A stretch of 64,000 nucleotides of DNA from an uncultured Clostridia bacterium (lineage in GTDB: Bacteria; Bacillota; Clostridia; Christensenellales; UBA1242), in assembly GCA_934754445.1 (NCBI GenBank), contig CAKVHZ010000001.1, positions 8,469 through 72,468 on the forward strand, given 5' to 3'. Within the stretch, counting starts at the first letter, position 1, and every line of letters begins with the position of its first letter. A model generated the notes under the pieces. It was not told the DNA's origin. It was given only the letters and a program-made list of their open reading frames with translations, and did not search any database. Made by a program: the position numbers and the translations under genes. This document shows positions 8,566 through 16,379 of this stretch, one piece after another.

Positions 8566-8985
8566 TTATTTAATCAATTCGGTTGGTTCGCTATTCAAAA
8601 GTTTTCTTTCATTTTGTGCTTCTTTTTTTATTTGATATGCTTTAGTATAAAATTTTATTAAAATATCTTTGTTGGGTGCTTTTATATCGCACATGTTACT
8701 AGCGAAAATTTTAAGTAATTTTTCAAAAGAAATATCTTTTTGCATGTCAATATAAGCAAACTCCATTGTTATTTTATAGTCGCAATCATTATCAAGTTTT
8801 GTTTTAGATAACATTTTTAAAAACTCTTTATAAGATGTTGGGATAAATTCCCATTTATTTTCGTCAGTTGTTCCGTTGGTAAATGCTAAAAAAGATTCCA
8901 TAGTTGATGGTTTTCTAAAAGGTATAAAGTGAATGGCTCTTGATTCATGAATTTCTATACTTTTAAACAAATATTTTTTCTTCAT
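8566..8985 (-). CDS. Hypothetical protein (139 aa)
   Basis: AAGGAG SD at the correct spacing. No family recognised. Confidence 0.6.
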   Translation of the reverse strand: MKKKYLFKSIEIHESRAIHFIPFRKPSTMESFLAFTNGTTDENKWEFIPTSYKEFLKMLSKTKLDNDCDYKITMEFAYIDMQKDISFEKLLKIFASNMCDIKAPNKDILIKFYTKAYQIKKEAQNERKLLNSEPTELIK

Positions 8986-9155
8986 AATAACTCCTTATTT
9001 GTGTAGATTATAACATACGAAAAAAGGTTTTTCAATAGTAAATTTAAAATTTTAGTAAAATTATTAATTATTTCAAATTGTTGATATTCGACTTTAATTA
9101 AGCGAGAATAATTTGTTTCGATTATATTATTAAAGGGGTGAGAATACCTAACGGA

Positions 9156-9186
9156 GCAATAAAAAAACACCTAAAAAGGTGTTTTT
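9156..9186 (-). terminator. asnA terminator
   Basis: Minus strand: AAAAACACC-ttttta-GGTGTTTTT followed by a T-run. Confidence 0.75.
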
Positions 9187-9196
9187 AATTGAAAAA

Positions 9197-10204
9197 TTAT
9201 AAATCAATGCCTATATTTTTAAATTTTGAAATAGTGTCATTATCCCATATAGAGGGTCTTATTTCTCCTATATGACATTTATTAAGCATTATCATGCATA
9301 TTCTATCACCGCCAAATGCACCGCCCATTGTCTTTTTGTATAAATCGTTTAAAATAGATTGATGATAATTTGTTTTTAAATTAACTTTGTAATTTACATT
9401 ATTGCATTGTTTAATTAATTCATCTTTTGTAACTCTTATGCCGCCACCACCTATTTCTATTGCTTTATCTAAAATTGAATAATAAACCAATATGTCAAAA
9501 TTTAATTCCCAATCATCATAATCTGGTGAACGCTTATCGTGGGGCTTACCAGAATTTAAAGGGTAACCTATTTTCATAACACACAAATTATTTTTATTTG
9601 TTTTAGTCCATTCGGTTTCTCTTTCAGATGGGCTCAAATTAGGATACAAATTTTCTAATTCTTGTGAAGTTAAGAAAGTTATTGATTCTGTAAAAAACTT
9701 TTTTAATTTTGGATATTCTTTATTTAATTTTTCCTGAACTAAATATAATTGTTTCATTATTTTTTTTACAGTATTTTGCAAAAATTTAATTGTTCTATCT
9801 TTTTCATCTATAACTATTTCCCAAGTGGCATTATTAATGATTATAGAATGTGTATTGTCTAGGATAGATTCATCACGTCTTAATCCACAATCTAACGTAG
9901 CATATATGCCAGTATGAGAAGGGAAATTGTTTTTACTTAAAAATGCTCTACGCCATTTACAATTATCTTGTAAGATTTCACCTTGTTTATTGAAAAAAGG
10001 GATATCAAACTTTACAGGTCTTTCTATCCCATTTAAATCATCTTGAAAACCATTGCCACTTTCAATAATAGATGGCGAAACGATTTCAGTCAAATGCAAT
10101 TTTTTGCATAAATATTGTTTAAATAAATTTCTTATAAATATTGTTGCTTTATTAGTTTCTAATACATTTAGAAGTGGTGTATAATCTTTTGAAATATTAG
10201 ACAT
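9197..10204 (-). CDS. asnA: Aspartate--ammonia ligase (asparagine synthetase A)
   Basis: KRSPDYDDW, GGGIRV and GGAFGGDRICM segments parallel E. coli AsnA (RAPDYDDW, SSMGIRV, GGGIGQSRL). Confidence 0.88.
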   Translation of the reverse strand: MSNISKDYTPLLNVLETNKATIFIRNLFKQYLCKKLHLTEIVSPSIIESGNGFQDDLNGIERPVKFDIPFFNKQGEILQDNCKWRRAFLSKNNFPSHTGIYATLDCGLRRDESILDNTHSIIINNATWEIVIDEKDRTIKFLQNTVKKIMKQLYLVQEKLNKEYPKLKKFFTESITFLTSQELENLYPNLSPSERETEWTKTNKNNLCVMKIGYPLNSGKPHDKRSPDYDDWELNFDILVYYSILDKAIEIGGGGIRVTKDELIKQCNNVNYKVNLKTNYHQSILNDLYKKTMGGAFGGDRICMIMLNKCHIGEIRPSIWDNDTISKFKNIGIDL

Positions 10205-10382
10205 TTTTAAATTTCCTTTTTTATCATTTTAAATGCAGTCTACCACTATAAGATAATATTATTTTTATGGTTTTTACTATTTAGCAATTTTATAATAGTT
10301 AGTAGTAATTATTTTATAAAATATTTATTAGTTTATTAATATAACAAATTAATTTATATTGAAAATATTTCTACAATATAGT

Positions 10383-10470
10383 TGGCGCGGAGTTAGGGAT
10401 TCGAACCCCAGATAGCTCTCACTATAACGGTTTTCAAGACCGCCGCATTCGACCACTCTGCCAACTCCGC
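10383..10470 (-). tRNA. tRNA-Ser (anticodon TGA)
   Basis: 88 nt. Acceptor GCGGAGT/ACTCCGC, anticodon loop CTTGAAA, long variable arm, TTCGAAT T-loop, CCA encoded. Confidence 0.9.
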
Positions 10471-10688
10471 TTATTTTTCTAGTAAAACTAGCAAAAACAA
10501 CTATATTATACACAAAAAATATCTTTAATGCAAGTATTTTTTTAATTTTTATTTCAAAACTATTATTTTAATAAAAGTTTGATTAAATATGTTGTTTAAA
10601 ATGCAGAGATTATTAAAGTTATCAAATGTTACTTTTTTACTATTTTTATACTATCTTGTCGACTTGGTTATTTAGTTTATTAAAAATC

Positions 10689-10716
10689 TTTACATAAAAT
10701 TTATATTTTTTATAAT
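10689..10716 (+). promoter_or_regulatory. minD promoter candidate TTTACA-16-TATAAT
   Basis: Hexamers at 10689-10694 and 10711-10716. Confidence 0.45.
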
Positions 10717-10734
10717 TAAAAGTAGGAGGAATTT

Positions 10735-11529
10735 ATGGCAAGAAAAATTGTTTTTACTAGTGGTAAAGGTGGAGTTGGTAAAACAACTGTATGTGCAAAT
10801 ATTGGTATTAAACTTGCTAGCATGGGGTTAAGAGTTGTAATGTTAGATTTAGATATAGGATTAAATAATTTGGATGTGGTTATGGGCATTGAAAATAAAA
10901 TAGTTTTTGATATCGTAGATTGTTTAGAAAACAAGTGTAGAGTGAAACAAGCCTTAGTGCAAGATTATAAATATCCTAATTTATATGTGCTTCCTAGTAG
11001 TCATTTGTTTAGTTCTAGCAGTGTAAATGCTCATGCAATTAAACTTATCGTCGATGCTTTAGCGGTTAGTTTTGATTATGTTTTAATAGATTGCCCAGCA
11101 GGTATTGATATAGGTTTTCACAGAGCGGTTTTTTGTGCAGATGAAGCCTTTGTTGTAACAACTCCGCATATTTCTTCTATTAGAGATGCGGATAAAGTTA
11201 TTTCGGTTTTAAAAAGTTACAATCTTGCTTCCATAAAACTAATTGTTAATAGAATTAGGGGAGATTTAGTTTTAAATGGTGAAATGGTTGATGCTGATAG
11301 AATTGCTAAACTATTGAAAGTTGATTTGATTGGGGTTGTTCAAGATGAAGATACTTTAGGTTCGCAAATTGCTGGTAAAATTTTAAGACAAAATAATTTT
11401 AAAAATCCTACTTCTATTGATATTTTAGGAATGAATATTCATAACGGAACGAGTTATATATTTGATTATATGAGTAAATATCGTGGTTTATTTGGCAATA
11501 TTAAAAGAAGTTTAAGGAGAAAATTATAG
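10735..11529 (+). CDS. minD: Septum site-determining ATPase MinD
   Basis: Deviant Walker A SGKGGVGKTT and a C-terminal amphipathic tail. Strong AGGAGG SD. Confidence 0.95.
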   Translation: MARKIVFTSGKGGVGKTTVCANIGIKLASMGLRVVMLDLDIGLNNLDVVMGIENKIVFDIVDCLENKCRVKQALVQDYKYPNLYVLPSSHLFSSSSVNAHAIKLIVDALAVSFDYVLIDCPAGIDIGFHRAVFCADEAFVVTTPHISSIRDADKVISVLKSYNLASIKLIVNRIRGDLVLNGEMVDADRIAKLLKVDLIGVVQDEDTLGSQIAGKILRQNNFKNPTSIDILGMNIHNGTSYIFDYMSKYRGLFGNIKRSLRRKL

Positions 11530-11756
11530 TGAATGAATTGGAAGATAGATTAACAAAAGCACTTATTTTAGATAAACATTTTAATCCTGAAAAAATTAGA
11601 AATGTAATTAAAAGCGATATAATTAATCTATTAAAAAACTATGGGGAAATTGATTATTCTAAACTAGATTTTGACATTATTATTTTAGATGATGGGTCTT
11701 ATGAAGTAGACTTTAAAGTTAAACTTAATTCTTTAAAAGTATTCAAAAGTTTTTAA
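11529..11756 (+). CDS. minE: MinE-like topological specificity factor (lacks the usual N-terminal membrane-targeting segment)
   Basis: GTG start overlaps the minD stop (TAGTG). LEDRLTKALILDK...IINLLKNYGEID aligns by eye with the MinE anti-MinD/dimerisation region. Confidence 0.6.
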   Translation: MNELEDRLTKALILDKHFNPEKIRNVIKSDIINLLKNYGEIDYSKLDFDIIILDDGSYEVDFKVKLNSLKVFKSF

Positions 11757-11797
11757 CATATTACATAAATTTCTAAAATTTAAAATATATTAGTTTA

Positions 11798-12373
11798 ATG
11801 AAAAATATATTTGTTTGTATAAAAAAGGGAAGATTAATAGCATTAATTATTTGTTTAACATTAATTTTTTCTCATGTAGTTTTATATTTAAGTGTAAATA
11901 GTTATAAAGATGTTATTGATAGTGTAAATAGAAAAATATTCAATAGTTTTAATAAAGATGAAATAGATAGTGATGATAACAATATATTTTTTGTAGTAAA
12001 TAGTAAAGATAAAAACCTGGGAAGTAAAAAACCACAATTATATTTGCCTTCAAGCGAAGATTTTGTGCTAAATAAGGGCGTTTTTTCGTATTCTTTAAAA
12101 CAAAATTTTGTTATTAAATGCTCTGGTTATGGAGTGGTAAAAAATGTTGGGTTTTTAGATAATGGATTAAAATATGTTGAAATAAAACATTCTGGGAACA
12201 TTGTAACAAGATATGAAAATTTAAAAATTGTAGGTGTTGGCGCTAACTTTTTAGTTAAAAATATTCATGTAATAGGAACGAGCGAAGAGAATTTTGTTTT
12301 TAAAATTTTAAAGAATAATAAGATAGTAGAGAATTTTATTGTAGAAAATGGTGAAATAAAGTGGCAAAATTAA
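11798..12373 (+). CDS. spoIVFA: SpoIVFA-like membrane protein with degenerate LytM/M23 domain
   Basis: N-terminal TM segment and a C-terminal G.V..VG....G..VEIKH.G.IVTRYENL pattern. Its position between min genes and spoIVFB matches B. subtilis. No clear SD. Confidence 0.5.
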   Translation: MKNIFVCIKKGRLIALIICLTLIFSHVVLYLSVNSYKDVIDSVNRKIFNSFNKDEIDSDDNNIFFVVNSKDKNLGSKKPQLYLPSSEDFVLNKGVFSYSLKQNFVIKCSGYGVVKNVGFLDNGLKYVEIKHSGNIVTRYENLKIVGVGANFLVKNIHVIGTSEENFVFKILKNNKIVENFIVENGEIKWQN

Positions 12374-13209
12374 AAGTAAAGTTTCACCCAACCTTTTGGA
12401 TATTTTTAGTTATTTTAATATTATCTAATAATTTTTTAAGTGTTTTTAGTTATATTTCATGCGTTATTCTTCACGAATTAGGTCATAGCATTATGGCTAG
12501 TTTTTTAGGCTATAAATTAAATCAAATAACTATTCTTCCTTTTGGGGCGAGTTTGAGTGGTAAAGAAAATGTTTTTTATAAACCTAGTCACGAAATTTTA
12601 GTTAGTATTAGTGGACCACTTGTTAATTTAATTTTGCTTTGCATTTGTTTGGCGCTGTTTTGGTGTTTTCCAGTAACTTATTCAGTTTTAGATAACTTTT
12701 ATTACGCAAATCTAATAACTTTTATATTTAACTTTTTGCCTGTTTATCCATTAGACGGCGGAAGGGTTTTATATGCTTTGTTAAAACGAAAACTACCTAT
12801 GAAAAAAGCCTATAAAATTATTAAAATTATAGGCATTATAATTTCTAGTATGTTATTTATTTTATTTATTATATCTAGTTTTTTTAAAATCAATTTTACT
12901 ATAGGTTTAACTTCTATATTTTTATTAAGTGGGATTTTTTTTGAAGATAAATCTAGTTATTATGTTACAAATTTTAGTTTTATAAATAAAAATAAAAAAC
13001 TGAACAATGGATTAGAAACAAACATTTTAACAGTTAATGAAAATGCAATTTTATATTCGGTATTAAAAAAAATGAATAAGTTTAAATATAATATAGTTAA
13101 TGTTTTAGATAATAGCGGGGTAATTAAAAATATAATGACAGAAGAAGAAATAAATAATATAATTATAAATAACGAACTAGGAATTAAATTAAAAGATATT
13201 TCTTTATAA
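12361..13209 (+). CDS. spoIVFB: Pro-sigma-K processing site-2 metalloprotease SpoIVFB (M50)
   Basis: HELGH zinc motif and NFLPVYPLDGGRV second motif in TM segments. C-terminal CBS-like region. Collinear with B. subtilis SpoIVFB. Confidence 0.85.
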   Translation: MAKLKVKFHPTFWIFLVILILSNNFLSVFSYISCVILHELGHSIMASFLGYKLNQITILPFGASLSGKENVFYKPSHEILVSISGPLVNLILLCICLALFWCFPVTYSVLDNFYYANLITFIFNFLPVYPLDGGRVLYALLKRKLPMKKAYKIIKIIGIIISSMLFILFIISSFFKINFTIGLTSIFLLSGIFFEDKSSYYVTNFSFINKNKKLNNGLETNILTVNENAILYSVLKKMNKFKYNIVNVLDNSGVIKNIMTEEEINNIIINNELGIKLKDISL

Positions 13210-13223
13210 AAAAATAACTCCGT

Positions 13224-13700
13224 TTAGTCAATGCTGTTATTCACTTTTGTATAGTCTGGTTTTTCTTCTTCAAAACAATCTTTAGCTGGAATAAACTCAA
13301 GCAGTTCTTCGTTTTCTGAGTTTCCATTTTTCATTTCTTTTCTAAGATATGAAAACAATGTTTTAAAGCAAGCCATTCTAATTGAAATTGTTTGTGGAGC
13401 TTTTGCAGTAGGTTTAATAAAAGTGCAAGTATTTCCAAGTCTTTGACCTACAAATTTTAATAGGAAAAAACTCGCTTCTTGAACTAAATCGTAAGCATCT
13501 GAATATGGGTCTAATTCACTGTGATGACAAATATCTTTTTGTAATTGCTTGTGTAATGTATCTATTCTTTTTGAGTTAGAGTAAGCATACTTTTCAAAGT
13601 TGCTTAGACTTGCTAAAGCAATAACTTTTGAGATCTTTTCAATGTTGTCTAAACTAATTACAACATTATCTTCTAAAATTTCATTTTTTCTTTTGTTCAT
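13224..13700 (-). CDS. Hypothetical protein with sigma-70 region-2-like segment
   Basis: Strong AAAGGAGA SD. DAYDLVQEASFFLLKF resembles sigma-70 region 2.1/2.2. There is no region 4. Confidence 0.35.
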   Translation of the reverse strand: MNKRKNEILEDNVVISLDNIEKISKVIALASLSNFEKYAYSNSKRIDTLHKQLQKDICHHSELDPYSDAYDLVQEASFFLLKFVGQRLGNTCTFIKPTAKAPQTISIRMACFKTLFSYLRKEMKNGNSENEELLEFIPAKDCFEEEKPDYTKVNNSID

Positions 13701-14094
13701 ATATTTTCTCCTTTATCCGCCTTTTGGCAAGTGGCGTTGGAGCAGAGTTTGGATTAAAAACTCAACCCTAAAATTTCTAATACAAGAAGTCAAGGAAGAA
13801 GAAAGAAATATTGTATTGAAATATTTTTACAATAAAAAATACTAGACTGAATATTCAATCTAGTAGATTACATAAACAATATTTGTTTCCCTTGACTTAG
13901 GGGAAAACTATGCTACAAAAGACACCAAAAGCGAGTAAAGGAGATTAAATAAAGAAAATACACTTTAATGCTTTGGAATAACTAGAACATTAACAATGTT
14001 CATAGTTATGTATTTGAAAAATGCCTTTTGCAAAAATCTATAAATTTTATAAAACAACAATGTTGAAATTTGAAACAACAAATTACAATACAAT

Positions 14095-14161
14095 TTGCCG
14101 AGTGATAAAAAAAGAGGTTTTGCGGAAAGCCTCGCGCGCAAACCTCTTTTTCACTCGGCAA
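14095..14161. repeat. 67-nt palindromic element (about 30 bp imperfect hairpin, GC-rich apex)
   Basis: TTGCCGAGTGA...GAGGTTTTGCG / CGCAAACCTC...TCACTCGGCAA. The inner part is flanked by A/T runs, so it can act as a bidirectional terminator. Confidence 0.6.
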
Positions 14162-14249
14162 TGTTTGTTCAAGAGAAAATGTTTTTGCTTAGTTGTTTAA
14201 GTAAATTTATTATATTGTTTTGTTTGTTTCATATCTCTTTGTTGTGTTC

Positions 14250-14305
14250 GTGTGCTTGTTTTCGGTGGAGCGTAGCGACACCGACTTGTATCAAGACAAG
14301 CACAC
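14250..14305. ncRNA. Candidate structured RNA element (three-way-junction-like fold)
   Basis: A 10-bp outer stem GTGTGCTTGT/ACAAGCACAC encloses CGGTG-N11-CACCG and CTTG-tat-CAAG hairpins. Locally GC-rich. No T-run follows, so it is not a terminator. Confidence 0.3.
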
Positions 14306-14322
14306 GTTTAAATGCCATAAAT

Positions 14323-14937
14323 TCAATTATCTTGTTTTTTTTCGATTTTGTGAGCTAATTGATACAAAGTATTATCGTTGGTTACCATTATATTTAGATC
14401 TTTACATGCTTGAAGTAGAATTTGTTTTTTTGAAGGGTTTGAGTTGTTTGGGACTTCAGGCCCAGTAATGCTTTCATAAACACTTAATGTCCCTTTGTCG
14501 TTTGTATTCGTGTAATATTCTTTATTAGTCAAACTTGAATAAAATTTTGTTTCTTTGAAATGATGTCTATTTAAAGCCAATTCTTCCTTTTCTAAAACTG
14601 CATTAGTTGCTTTTTCAAATATTTTTTCTCTGCTTTCTTTTGGATACACAATTTTACCATCAAAAGCAGATAGTAGTTGTTTTGCTAAGTCAATATCTAT
14701 AGCAAACAATTCTGAATTTCCAATTTGGCTTTTGCTAAATATTCTATCTAACAAGTCTTCTTTATCACTATAATTATTAACTTCTATTGCAAATTCTCGT
14801 TTTAAACAATTTACATTAAAATAGCCATTTCTTTCCAAATTATACATTCGACTCTCAAAATTATTAGTATCTGTTTTACCAATTTTGATTACTCCATTAA
14901 TGGCTGTTGACATCAAATAAATTATTCCTTTGCACAT
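14323..14937 (-). CDS. T5orf172 (GIY-YIG-like) domain protein
   Basis: N-terminal GIIYLMST..NGVIKIGKTDTNNFESRMYNL pattern is typical of the T5orf172 domain. The start is 3 nt after the Fic stop. Confidence 0.6.
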   Translation of the reverse strand: MCKGIIYLMSTAINGVIKIGKTDTNNFESRMYNLERNGYFNVNCLKREFAIEVNNYSDKEDLLDRIFSKSQIGNSELFAIDIDLAKQLLSAFDGKIVYPKESREKIFEKATNAVLEKEELALNRHHFKETKFYSSLTNKEYYTNTNDKGTLSVYESITGPEVPNNSNPSKKQILLQACKDLNIMVTNDNTLYQLAHKIEKKQDN

Positions 14938-14939
14938 AA

Positions 14940-15995
14940 TTACCTCTCAATGTTTTTTCTAATATAGTAAGTATTTTTTCCTGAACCCTGTTTTTCAATA
15001 AAAGACCTATCTACAAGTTTTTTAAGTGAGCTTTCAATAGATTTTATGCTTAAACTTGGGCATAACTCAGAAATTTGAGTTTTTGTAAATTTGCCAATGA
15101 TAGATGATATTGCTTTTTTAACCATTTCTATTGCTGTTGATTCAGAAGATACGATATCAATTCTTTCTTCAAAATCTCTATAGGCAGATATTATTGTTCC
15201 CAATAAGTATTTTATGAAACTTTCAGGATTATCTTTACCAATATCCCAATCTTTTTGAGATTTTTCAAGTGCATCATAGTACAAACTTTTATTTTTTGCT
15301 ATTTTTGATTCTAGCGAAATATATTTCCCAACTAAATAGCCACATCTATAAAGAAGTAATGTTGTTAGTAATCTACTCATCCTTCCGTTGCCGTCTAAAA
15401 ATGGATGAATACATAAAAAATCATGTATAAAAATTGGAATTAAAATAAGAGGGTCGACGTCATTTTCTGAAATTGCCTTATTAAATTCTTCACAAATATT
15501 TTGAATGGCATTTGGTGTCTCAAAAGGAGATAACGGTATAAATATTGTATAAGTTTTTCCATTTGTATCTGTGCCGCTAATATAGTTTTGAACATTTTTA
15601 AAACTTCCGCCTATTGCTTTTGGAGAATGACTATAAAGCATTTTGTGAAGTTGTAAGATATAATTTGAAGAAATAGGAATATATTCGTAACTTTCATGAA
15701 TAACATTCAAAACATCTCTATATCCTGCAATTTCTTCTTCATCTCTGTTTTTAGGTGTTGTCTTTTCACTAACCAGTTGTTTTAATCTTGTATTTGTTGT
15801 TCTAATACCTTCAATTTCATTTGAAGATTCTGTACTTTGAACTTTAGCTATTTCAACAAGTTTTTCAAGCTCTTGTGGTTTTTGCCTTAAAAATAACTCT
15901 TGTTTTGCTTTGTGTTCGTGAATTTGTGAAACGTAAGCGACTATCTCATTGTCCCACTTTTTATTTTTTAATGCAGTGTAATTAAAAATTCTCAT
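14940..15995 (-). CDS. fic: Fic family protein (AMPylase-type) with N-terminal inhibitory helix and C-terminal wHTH
   Basis: Active-site motif HPFLDGNGRMSRLL. Upstream SNEIEG fits the [ST]xxxE[GN] auto-inhibition motif. AAGGAG SD. Confidence 0.85.
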   Translation of the reverse strand: MRIFNYTALKNKKWDNEIVAYVSQIHEHKAKQELFLRQKPQELEKLVEIAKVQSTESSNEIEGIRTTNTRLKQLVSEKTTPKNRDEEEIAGYRDVLNVIHESYEYIPISSNYILQLHKMLYSHSPKAIGGSFKNVQNYISGTDTNGKTYTIFIPLSPFETPNAIQNICEEFNKAISENDVDPLILIPIFIHDFLCIHPFLDGNGRMSRLLTTLLLYRCGYLVGKYISLESKIAKNKSLYYDALEKSQKDWDIGKDNPESFIKYLLGTIISAYRDFEERIDIVSSESTAIEMVKKAISSIIGKFTKTQISELCPSLSIKSIESSLKKLVDRSFIEKQGSGKNTYYIRKNIER

Positions 15996-16169
15996 TCTCC
16001 TACTCCTTTATATTTTCTCCTAAATTATATATAAAAATAGGAGAATAGTCAAACGTTTAGGAGAAAATTTTAATAATTGGACCAATTTATCTCTAAATGA
16101 TTGCAAATTGATTCTGTTCATGTTATACTGAAAAAGTAAAGAAAGTAAAGAATTTTAAGGAGTAATAAT

Positions 16170-16379
16170 ATGCTAAAACAAGCAAAACTTTCTAATAAAT
16201 GTCAAATAACAGTACCAAAGCAAGTAAGAGATATTCTGGGTATTGGTAAAGGCGATGACGTTATGTTTTATATTGAAAACGATGAAGTAAAATTAACCGG
16301 GGCTAAAAATTTAAATATTAGATTAAAAAATACAAAGAAAGTTGCGATATTAAAAAATGGAGATAAGAATAATGGATAA
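16170..16379 (+). CDS. AbrB/MazE/SpoVT-fold DNA-binding protein
   Basis: CQITVPKQVRDILGIGKGDDVMFYIENDEVKL is a swapped-hairpin AbrB-type motif. The stop overlaps the hsdM start. Confidence 0.7.
   Translation: MLKQAKLSNKCQITVPKQVRDILGIGKGDDVMFYIENDEVKLTGAKNLNIRLKNTKKVAILKNGDKNNG

Noticed and set aside
8982-9170. 62-aa ORF overlapping the start of the 8566-8985 gene by 4 nt.
   Set aside because: It has no SD and an implausible composition. It spans the promoter/5' UTR of the downstream gene and abuts the asnA terminator.
13701-14322. Retron msr/msd, group II intron fragment or ToxI-type repeat RNA in the island spacer.
   Set aside because: No reverse transcriptase or intron-encoded protein ORF is adjacent. 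No domain-V-like consensus and no tandem direct repeats were seen.
13600-14468. Track ORFs 13600-13845, 14095-14358 and 14220-14468 on the plus strand.
   Set aside because: They have no SDs and overlap each other and the flanking minus-strand genes. Their sequences (Cys/Phe/Leu-rich) look like chance frames through the structured spacer. The region is reported as non-coding structure instead.
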